Below are positions 12,789 through 24,100 of a DNA stretch of 64,000 nucleotides, one piece after another. The notes beneath the pieces are model-generated. The model was not told the DNA's origin and ran no database searches. It saw only the letters and a program-made list of their open reading frames with translations. The position numbers and the translations under genes were made by a program. Every line of letters begins with the position of its first letter. Within the stretch, counting starts at the first letter, position 1. The DNA is taken from the NCBI GenBank assembly GCA_038087875.1, contig JAXLNO010000700.1, positions 62,001 through 126,000 of the forward strand. The letters run 5' to 3'. Source of the DNA: Malacoraja senta (Eukaryota).

Positions 12789-13612
12789 ATGGGTGCCGCG
12801 CCAACAGCCTGTCTCGTATTTTTCTTCTTTTGTTACTGTGTTACTTGTATATTTTTAGTGTATCTTTAGTTTTTGTATTATGTGAGGGTGGGGGGGAAAC
12901 CTATTTTATCTCTTTCCTCGACTGAGATGCGACTTTTTCCATCGTATCTCACTGTGCACTGCAGCTTTAACATCGTGGAGCTGGCTTTGTTAGGGATCGA
13001 CTGCGGGAGCTCCAACCGCAGGAGCTTCGACTGCTCCGATCACGGGAGCTTTGATCGCCCGGATGCGGGAGCTTTGATCGCCCGGATGCGGGAGCTTTGA
13101 TCGCCCGGATGCGGGAGCTTTGATCGCCCCGATTGTCTTGAATGCTAATTTGAATGAATAATTCCCCAGTGGGGAATGCGAGATTGCCGGAAAAACAAGA
13201 TGGATGTGCAGCCTGCGCTAGTGAGGAATCGGAGGGAGTGCTGTGATCTCAGTGTTTGCAGGGACATGGCTCCAAGAGTACGTCCTGGAGTCTAGTGTGA
13301 GTGTGGATGGCTTTCTGACTGTTCGGGCGGACAGGGACTGCAGAGAGAGTGACAGCGGTCGGTACAACCCTGCTCACATCACGGTGAAGGAGCGTGCATG
13401 TGGCCCGGATATTAAACTGATGGCTGTGGGTGTTCGCTTTTGCTGTGTGGCCTGGGAATTCTCACATGCCGTTGTGGTGGCTGTTTAAGTCTATGTTTAA
13501 TTTTATGTGGTTATGTATCTTGTTGCTTTTTTGTATGACTGTTGGCAAATCAAATTCCTTGTGTATTTACATACTTGGCTAATAAATTAGTTACAATTAC
13601 AATAATTACAAT
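12789..13612 (+). mobile_element. Composite retroposon with a 23-bp minisatellite and an APE-endonuclease remnant (Rex1/L2-like)
   Basis: CGGGAGCTTTGATCGCCCGGATG x~3.8 (13043-13130). Remnant VFAGTWLQE...VDGFLTVRADRD resembles a non-LTR endonuclease. (TTACAA)n tail. Confidence 0.55.
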
Positions 13613-13678
13613 TGCATGGATAAGAAAGGTTTAGAGATCATGAACTTTGTTTGACACATGCATGTTCTTTCTTTCTAA

Positions 13679-13684
13679 TTTATT
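13679..13684 (-). terminator. Candidate EXPH5 polyadenylation signal (alternatives at 14188-14193 and 14291-14296)
   Basis: AATAAA on the minus strand at the end of a unique AT-rich stretch downstream of the stop codon, followed by TGTGT. Confidence 0.4.
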
Positions 13685-15174
13685 ATTCATTCAAATTAGC
13701 ATTCAAGACATTTTAACATCAATATTTCTCATCTATTTAAATATATTACAAATAAAAGCCTCCAAAATTATTTCATATAAATTCATTAAATTTACATGGG
13801 CTTTCTAATTACATTCATACTCTCAATATACTGTACAAATTAGCAAACTTTTTTCCCCAGCAAAGAACTGCTGGAGGAGTTAATATAAGTGGAGGGAAAT
13901 ATACACTTTGACAAACTGTGCATATGGTATTGCCTAAAAATACAAACTCTGGTTGGTATCACTAAAAGCTTTATACAGTGGCAGTTACAATCCATACCTC
14001 TTCCTAAATTCACATTCATTATAAATTTAAGAATCTAATTTCAGTAACCAGGTATATTATCCAATTGCTACTTCTATGTTTGGCAACAAATAAAAAGCTC
14101 TTGACTGTACATCGGTACACGTGACTATAATAAACTAAACTACTTTGTGCTTTTAGTGCTACATGACTGGGGTTGACCTTCCTACCATTTATTCTTAGGG
14201 TGGAACCCAAATAATTGGGAATGCTATGCAAATGCAAAATTATTGCACTATTTTAATGGAAGCATAACTTCTTATAAGACTATTTAAATATTTATTTGAT
14301 GGACAGGTGTAGGTTATAACGTAAAATCCATGATCAAACAAGGAACATGTTTCGTTGGAAAATATTGGGACTATCTCCTCAATTATATATAGTCATGGAA
14401 TTATACAGTATGGCAACAGGACCTTCGGCCCAACTTGCCCATGCTGACCAAGATGTCCCGTCTACACTTGTCCCACCATTTGCCCCACATTCCTCTAAAC
14501 CTTTCCTATCCATGTGAAGGGTTTCGACCTGAAATGCACCTATTCTTTTCCTCCAGAGATGCCTGACCCACTGAGTTACTCCAGCATTTTGTGCCTATCT
14601 TTTGAACTCATCAATTGCTCACAAAAGTTAATGTATGAAGGACGAGCTTCCAACAATAAAATTAGAAAACTCAAATGAAAACATAAAGGACTACATAATA
14701 GAACGAGGAAAAGCTATGTTAAATTTTCAGATGTGATCCTGCATCAGAAACTTGATGAAAGAACACCTCCCAAGCAGTCCTTAAGATAGCAGACTGGTTT
14801 AAATATAAATTCATCCAAAAATGTATAAGTGAATTTCAAATGTTTGTAACAGTACAAGTGATTGCCTGAAGAAAGGTCTCGACCCGAAACTTTGCCTATT
14901 TCCTTCGCTCCATAGATGCTGCCTGAGTTTCTCCAGCATTTTTGTCTGCCTTTTTTTGGAAGTATGCCAAAACAAGTGGCTATGTTCTAAGTTTTGAAAA
15001 TACTTATTGAGAGTAGGTAATAACAATGTTACTAAGCATTTCAGTCAAACCTAACAGCATAAAATCACATAGTAAGATGTCCATGGTCATCAAAGCATTA
15101 GGTGGTCATACACCATGATTTGTTTCAAATCAGTAAAACTCTTCTCCATTCAGTCTTATGTGTGGTGAAGGGTA

Positions 15175-18100
15175 TTATAATGCAGATTCTTTTGCAGTTT
15201 CATTACAATCCAAGAAATACTCATCATCAGTCGTGGTGTCCGAGTCTGTTTCTGAATAACAGGACAGGTTTGGTTTCAAAATTCCAGCTGGTACACGATG
15301 TGACTGTGGGGAGAGACTCTCCTCTGACATTTTACTCCCAGTGGACGTTGAACTGAGCAGTCTTATTATATCTGTGGGGTTTTCCTTCGGCCAGAACATT
15401 TTTATATCCACTGGAAAATACTCATTGTTCTTCACGGTCTCATCATCCATCCCTAGATCCTGCGTTACTTCACTGGGGAGTGGATCAAAAACATCCTCAA
15501 TGCTTCGAGAAGCAGCTTTCTTGTGAAATTCAAGTTTACACTCGCTCCCATGTTTCTTGTTCTCTAGGTATGTATCCTTTATTACTACTTCCTTTTTAGA
15601 AATATTGCTTTCGTCTTCATTTCTATTTATTAATTCGTCATTGTCTTGCCTATCATGGTACGAAGAACAGATGTTATAATCAAATTCATTCCTGTTACAA
15701 AAGGACAGATCAGGATAAGATCCATAAAGTCTGCTGCGTTTTATATAACTTAAAAAGGAAGGGAAGGGCACAGCTTGTCTCTTTTGAGTAGTTAGTTTAG
15801 GTTCATGCCTGATGTTGGTGGAAAATACATTTTCCTGATCTTGTTGAGAAAAAAGATTGCAATGTGAATCTTTCAGACATTTTGTCCTAAAGAGATGGCC
15901 ATATTTGTTTTGTACATTGTGAGATTGGGATATCTGGGAGCTTTTAAACCTGGAATAATTCATTGAGAATCTGGCTGCTCCTGTCTGGTAATTATTGTTT
16001 ACAGAGGAATTATCATCCTTGTCAGTACTAAATGAATTTACCCTGTGTTGAGAGAAATCACTATTGGTATTTAACCTGTTATGTAAGTCATTAATCTCTA
16101 TGAATTCTGAACCAATTTGGTTTTCTAGATAACAGTGCTGTAAGGAGTTAAATGTATGTCTATTAGTTGTGCATGTTCCTGATCTCCCATACTCCAACAT
16201 TCGTCCCGGGAATGATTTTCGCCTGTATCTGAATACTTTTCTATTTTCTTTTACCACGTCAATGTCCTGCGGAGAAATGTCACAACTATCTGTTGAATAA
16301 TTCTTGCGGATGTATTTATTTCGTGGAGACAGACCAGGTGGTGAATCAGGTGGTGTAGAACCGCTACTGATTAAATACTTCTCTGTTTTTGCACAAATAT
16401 CCTTCCACCTTCGATCCAAAGTGACATCTCTATCTTCCATTGGCTCATTCAAATATTTATTGCTCTTGTTGTAAGTGAGATCATCGGGAGATTCTTGCTC
16501 AGTCAGAAGATCTGGTAATGCAAGGTTAGTGCCATTTGTTGATTTAATGCCAATGCTTTTCCTCGAACACATGTCCTTCTTTGGAGAGGAATTCTGAAAT
16601 TGAATATTGTTGCCACATGTAGTGTCTGAAGAATACTTCAGCCCAGTTGGTGACTGCAATAAGGCGTCTCTGTTTTGCAATTGACCATTTGCTACATCCT
16701 TGACATCTGCTACGTTCATTTCAAAGTCGCTTCTCAATGCCGAATGAGTCAAAGATTGCTTCTTTTTAATTATACCAGATGGAGCCTGTTGGCTAGTCGG
16801 CAATAAAAGACAATCTTTGGCATTTGATTTGTTCGATCTGCCCATTACAATGCCATCACTCCATGCGGAATGGTTTGCTCGCTTGTCTTGATTCTTGCTT
16901 ATGATATTAGTGGTAATGTACTGAACCTTAGGTGATGGTAGTGCATCATTTGTTTTATGTAAATATTTAATATTTGACTTCTCATTGGTTAGTTCATCAT
17001 GAAAGATATAAAAATCTCTTGTCAAATAATCTTGCCCAAGATTTTCGTGCATATCTGTGATAGTTAGGACAGTCTGAAAGCCAGTTAGTGAATCTACTGT
17101 TGATATTTTGCCAGTCTCAATTTCTGCACCAACAGTTCCATTGTTGAGCAAATCACTTAGCATCTTAAATGAACTATTGGAAGGCTGTTGGCTAATCACT
17201 GGACCCAGCATTGGAATAATGTGGGTTGCATTAAATTCATCAATTCCTTTGCTCAAAACAGTGTCAGCAATATTGGGTGACTGATACAATGATTTGTTCT
17301 TGTTGCTATGTGCTGTACCTATAGGAGATATTTGTAGAGTTCCTGATAAATCTGCTCTTTTAATTTTATGATTGTCAGGACGTTTCGAGTCTCCAGCATC
17401 ATCAGCATAGTTTAAGACTTGACCTGTTGGCTTGTGTTGATTATTGAGTGAAGGGTCTACATGAAGCAACTGTCCTGAATCTAGATTCAGTAGTGAAGGT
17501 GTACGCTTAATCTCACATCCATCTGGTGGATCACAATCATTACTAGACCCTCTGCTGACAGTTATACCATCGATATTTGTTGGGCATTTCTGGGATGTGT
17601 CCTTGCTGTCATGTGCAGTATTTGTAAGGGTATACTGTTCATTCACTTCATCCTTTGACGAAACTGCTCGGCATTTTTCTACATTTTCATCACTCGGCAA
17701 CAGATTAATGTTATGGCTGAGCGGAAGGGGAGACTTCAATTTTTCTTGGTTGCTAAAGAATAAGATATTATCACTTTGCCATTGCTCGGTCATTTCAGGT
17801 AATGAGGAAACACTCTTTGCTCTCTGTAAAAAGTCTAATTTGAATCTGTTTGGTCTCCTACGATGGTAGATGTCAGTTACCTTTGTTGTACGGTGCTGTG
17901 AAGTATTCTGTGTGATATCAATAACACTTGCAGCAGAGTGGTGAAGTATAACTGGTGAAACAACATTGTTGATTTTAGGCTCGTCTTTCTGAAAATTCTC
18001 ATTTATTTCCATTTCAGTACTGTTCAATAAATGTTCCAATGGCCTGTCCAAATTAGTAACAGACTGTTGTTCAGTTACTCCATTTTGAGACAAAACCAGA

Positions 18101-21100
18101 CATATTTCTTCAGATCGGTGGCCTTCTGTAGTATTGATACATTCTGCAGCCTGACGGATGCTATAATTGAGTGGAAATTCAGGACAGATATCAACATCTT
18201 TTGCTAAATAATCCTGTCCAAGTTTTCTATATATAATGTTATTAGTTGAGATAGTCTGTAAGTCAGTTAGTGAATCTACTGTTATTTTGTTGGTTTCTGC
18301 AGTATCATTTTGTACACATTTGTTGACTGCAATTTCTGCACCAACAGCTCCATTGTTGAGTACATCACCCACTGGTGCACACTTAATCTCACATCCATCT
18401 GATGGATCACAATCTTTACTAGACCCTCTGTTGACAGTTATTCCATCAATATTTGTTGGGCATTTCTGGGATGTGTCCTTGCTGTCATGTGCTGTATTTG
18501 TAAGGGTATACTGTTCATTCACTTCATCCGCTGATGAAATTGCTTGGTATTTTTCTACATTTTCATCACTCAGCAACAGATTGCTGTTATGTCTGATTGG
18601 AGGGAGAGTCTTCAGTTTTTCTTGGTTGCTGAAGAATGAGGTATTATCAGTTTGCCATTGCCTCGTCATTTCAGGTAATGAGGAAACACTCTTTGCTCTC
18701 TGAAAAACGTTTAATTTGAATCTGGTTGAGGATCTCTTACGATGGTAGATGTCAGTTACCTTTGTTGTGCCGTACTGCAAAGTATTCTTTGTTATATCAG
18801 TAATGCTTGCAGCAGAGTGGTGATGGCTAACTTGTGAAACGACATTGTTGATTTCGGGCTCGTCTTTCTGATAATTCTCATTTATTTCCATTTCAGTATT
18901 GTCCCATAAATGTTCCAATGGCTTGTCTCTGTCATTGTTGAAATTAGTAACAGACTGTTGTTCAGTTACTCCATCTTGTGACAACACTGGACATCTTTCT
19001 TCAGATCGGTGGCCTTCTGTAGTTTTGATACTTTCAGCAGCTGGACAGGTGTTATAATTGAGAGGGAATTCATGACAAATATCAAAATCTTTTACTAAAT
19101 GATTCTGCCCAATATTAGGATTCGTATCTGTGATAGTTAGGACAGTCTGCAAACCAGTTAATGAATCTACTATTGGTATTTTGTTGTTTTCGGCACTATC
19201 GTTTTGTACACGTTTGTTGACAGCAATTTCAGCACCAACAGCTCCATTGTTGAGTACATCACCCACAGAACTAAATAAACTATTGGAAGGCTGTTGGATG
19301 ATCACTAAGTCCAATATTGGAAGGATGTACATTACATTAAGTTCATCAATTCCTTTGCTCACAACATTATCAGCAATAATTGATGAATGGTTCAATGGGT
19401 TGTTCTTGCTACTGTGTGCTGTACTTATAGGAGATATTTGTGGAGTTCCTGATGCAACTGCTCTTTTATTTTCATGATCGTCAGGACTTTTTGAGTCCAC
19501 AGCATCATCAGCATAGTTTAAGACTTGACCTGTTGGAATGTGTTGATTATTGAGTGAAGTGTCTACATGAAGCAACTGACCTGGATCTGAATTCAGTGAT
19601 GAAGGTGTACGCTTAATCTCACATCCATCTGGTGGATCACAATCATTACTCGACCCTCTGTTGACAGTTATACCATCGATATTTGTTGGGCATTTCTGGG
19701 ATGTGTCCTTGCTGTCATGTGCAGTATTTGTAAGGGTATACTGTTCATTCACTTCATCCTTTGACGAAACTGCTTGGCATTTTTCTACATTTTCATCACT
19801 CGGCAACAGATTAATGTTATGGCTGAGCGGAAGGGGAGACTTCAATTTTTCTTGGTTGCAGAAGAATAAGATATTATCACTTTGCCATTGCTCGGTCATT
19901 TCAGGTAATGAGGAAACACGCTTTGCTCTCTGTAAAAAGTCTAATTTGAATCTGTTTGGTTTCCTACGATGGTAGATGTCAGTTACCTTTGTTGTACGGT
20001 GCTGTGAAGTATTCTGTGTGATATCAATAACACTTGCAGCAGAGTGGTGAAGTATAACTGGTGAAACAACATTGTTGATTTTAGGCTCGTCTTTCTGAAA
20101 ATTCTCATTTATTTCCATTTCAGTACTGTTCAATAAATGTTCCAATGGCCTGTCCAAATTAGTAACAGACTGTTGTTCAGTTACTCCATTTTGAGACAAA
20201 ACCAGACTTATTTCTTCAGATCGGTGGCCTTCTGTAGTATTGATACATTCTGCAGCCTGACTGATGCTATAATTGAGTGGAAATTCAGGACATATATCAA
20301 CATCTTTTGCTAAATAATCCTGTCCAAGTTTTCTATATATAACGTTATTAGTTGAGATAGTCTGTAAGTCAGTTAGTGAATCTACTGTTATTTTGTTGGC
20401 TTCTGCAGTATCATTTTGTACACATTTGTTGACTGCAATGTCTGCACCAACAGCTCCATTGTTGAGTACATCACCCACTGGTGTACACTTAATCTCACAT
20501 CCATCTGATGGATCACAATCTTTACTAGACCCTATGTTGACAGTTATTCCATCAATATTTGTTGGGCATTTCTGGGATGTGTCCTTGCTGTCATGTGCTG
20601 TATTTGTAAGGGTATACTGTTCATTCACTTCATCCGTTGATGAAATTGCTTGGTATTTTTCTACATTTTCATCACTCAGCAACAGATTGCTGTTATGTTT
20701 GATTGGAGGGAGAGTCTTCAATTTTTCTTGGTTGCTGAAGAATGAGGTATTATCAGTTTGCCATTGCCTCGTCATTTCAGGTAATGAGGAAACACTCTTT
20801 GCTCTCTGAAAAACGTTTAATTTGAATCTGGTTGAGGATCTCTTACGATGGTAGATGTCAGTTACCTTTGTTGTACCGTACTGCAAAGTATTCTTTGTTA
20901 TATCAGTAATGCTTGCAGCAGAGTGGTGATGGCTAACTTGTGAAACGACATTGTGGATTTCGGGCTCGTCTTTCTGATAATTCTCATTTATTTCCATTTC
21001 AGTATTGTCCCATAAATGTTCCAATGGCTTGTCTCTGTCATTGTTGAAATTAGTAACAGACTGTTGTTCAGTTACTCCATCTTGTGACAAAAATGGAGAT

Positions 21101-24100
21101 CTTTCTTCAGATCGGTGGCCTTCTGTAGTTTTGATACTTTCAGCAGCTGGACGGGTGTTATAATTGAGAGGGAATTCGTGACAAATATCAAAATCTTTTG
21201 CTAAATGATTATGCCCAATATTTGTATTCGTATCTGTGATAGTTAGGACAGTCTGCAAACCAGTTAATGAATCTACTGCTGGTATTTTGTTGTTTTCGGC
21301 ACTATCGTTTTGTACACATTTGTTGACAGCAATTTCAGCATCAACAGCTCCATTGTTGAGCACATCACCCACAGAACTAAATAAACTATTGGAAGGCTGT
21401 TGGATGATCACTAAGTCCAATATTGGAAGGATGTACATTACATTAAGTTCATCAATTCCTTTGCTCACAACATTATCAGCAATAATTGATGAATGGTTCA
21501 ATGGGTTGTTCTTCCTACTGTGTGCTGTACTTATAGGAGATATTTGTGGAGTTTCTGATGCAACTGCTCTTTTATTTTCATGATCGTCAGGACTTTTTGA
21601 GTCTACAGCATCATCAGCATAGTTTAAGACTTGACCTGTTGGCATGTGTTGATTATTGAGTGAAGTGTCTACATGAAGCAACTGACCTGGATCTGGATTC
21701 AGTGATGAAGGTGTATGCTTAATCTCACATCCATCTGGTGGATCACAATCAATACTAGACCCTCTGCCGACAGTTATACCATCAATATTTGTTGGGCATT
21801 TCTGGGATGTGTCCTTGCTGAGATGTGCAATATTTGTAACCGTATACTGTTCATTCACTTCATCCTTTGATGAAACTGCTTGGCATTTTTCTACATTTTC
21901 ATTGCTCTGCAACAGATTAATGTTATGGCTGAGCTGAGGGGGATACTTCAATTTTTCTTGGTTGCTGAAGAATAAGACATTATCACTTTGCCATTGCTCG
22001 GTCATTTCAGGTAATGATGAAACACTCTTTGCTCTCTGTAAAAAGTCTAATTTGAATCTGTTTGATGGTCTCCTACGATGGTAGACGTCAGTTACCTTTG
22101 TTGTACCGTGCTGTGAAGTATTCTTTGTGATATCAATAACACTTGCAGCAGAGTGGTGAAGTATAACTGGTGAAACATTGTTGATTTTAGGCTCGTCTTT
22201 CTGAAAATTCTCATTTATTTCCATTTCAGTACTGTTCAATAAATGTTCCAATGGCCTGTCCAAATTAGTAACAGACTGTTGTTCAGTTACTTCATTTTGA
22301 GACAAAACCGGACATATTTCTTCAGATTGGTGGCCTTCTGTAATATTGATACATTCTGCAGCCTGACTGATGCTATAATTGAGTGGGAATTCAGGACAGA
22401 TATCAACATCTTTTGCTAAATAATCCTGTCCAAGTTTTCTATATATAACATTGATAGTTGGGATAGTCTGTAAGTCAGTTAGTGAATCTACTGTTATTTT
22501 GTTGGTTTCTGCAGTATCATTTTGTACACATTTGTTGACTGCAATTTCTGCACCAACAGCTCCATTGATGAGTACATCACCCACTGGTGTACACGTAATC
22601 TCACATCCATCTGATGGATCACAATCTTTACTAGACCCTCTGTTGACAGTTATTCCATCAATATTTGTTGGGCATTTCTGGGATGTGTCGTTGCTGTCAT
22701 GTGCTGTATTTGTAAGGGTATACTGTTCATTCACTTCATCCGTTGATGAAATTGCTTGGTATTTTTCTACATTTTCATCACTCAGCAACAGATTGCTGTT
22801 ATGTTTGATTGGAGGGAGAGTCTTCAATTTTTCTTGGTTGCTGAAGAATGAGGTATTATCAGTTTGCCATTGCCTCGTCATTTCAGGTAATGAGGAAACA
22901 CTCTTTGCTCTCTGAAAAACGTTTAATTTGAATCTGGTTGAGGATCTCTTACGATGGTAGATGTCAGTTACCTTTGTTGTACCGTACTGCAAAGTATTCT
23001 TTGTTATATCAGTAATGCTTGCAGCAGAGTGGTGATGGCTAACTGGTGAAACGACATTGTTGATTTCAGGCTTGTCTTTCTGATAATTCTCATTTATTTC
23101 CATTTCACTATTGTCGAATAAATGTTCCAATGGCTTTTCTCTGTCATTGTCGAAATTAGTAACAGACTGTTGTTCAGTTACTCCATCTTGTGACAAAAGT
23201 GGAGATCTTTCTTCAGAACGGTGGCCTTCTGTAGTTTTGATACTTTCAGCAACTGGAGGGGTGTCATAATTGAGAGTCTTTTCATTGTCTGGACCTACAG
23301 AGCTATTGTTAATGGACGGGGAACTTGTGGGTGTCTTGGTTATGTTTTCCATGAAATTTAAAGGTTGTAAGTCAGTCAGTGAATCAGAGGTTGACAATTT
23401 ACAGTTGCCCTTTTCTAAATATTCTTTACATCTCCCATCCACTGTGATATCTCCACCGAGTGGGAAATGAAGTTGCGAATCAGCTTTGTTATTCACTTCA
23501 TGCAATATTTTAGATGCGAATATGTCATAAGATTTCTCATCACGCACAGTTTTATTTGATGTATTGTGCTGCAGAGTATCTGTATTCATTTCTATGTCAG
23601 TCGTTGTAGCTTTTACATCAGTCAATACCTCAGAAGTTAGACTTTTGTCTTGGTGTTCCGAATTGTTTTGCAAATACTCATTGACTCCTTCCTCCACATG
23701 GATGTTATGGTTGTTTTGTGAAGGATAAACTGAGTGTTTGCTTGGATAGTTATTAGGTGACGTGATTGCTGTGTATGTATCAACCAAATTTTCAGATTTA
23801 TTTTGATCGCAAGGCTCTTCATGAGAATAATGTGGCAGTACATTTTTCTTTATATCTGTGGCAGTTGCAGGAGATTCCTGGACAAGTAGCCGACATAATG
23901 GTAAATCTGAATTCACTGACATTGATCTATCAGCTGAATGTTGTACGGTGCTAGCAGGATCATTAAGTGAACCTGATGGAGGATCAGAACTGCAGCTTTC
24001 TAAATGCTTATTCAATCCAGTATTCACAAAGTGAATGTAATTGTCAAGTGAGGAATTCAGTGACCCACATCCATTGCTATATGTGGTATTTACAAGAGGT

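Noticed and set aside
13043..13130. CRISPR-like regular repeats
   Set aside because: Head-to-tail 23-bp minisatellite without spacers, in eukaryotic DNA.
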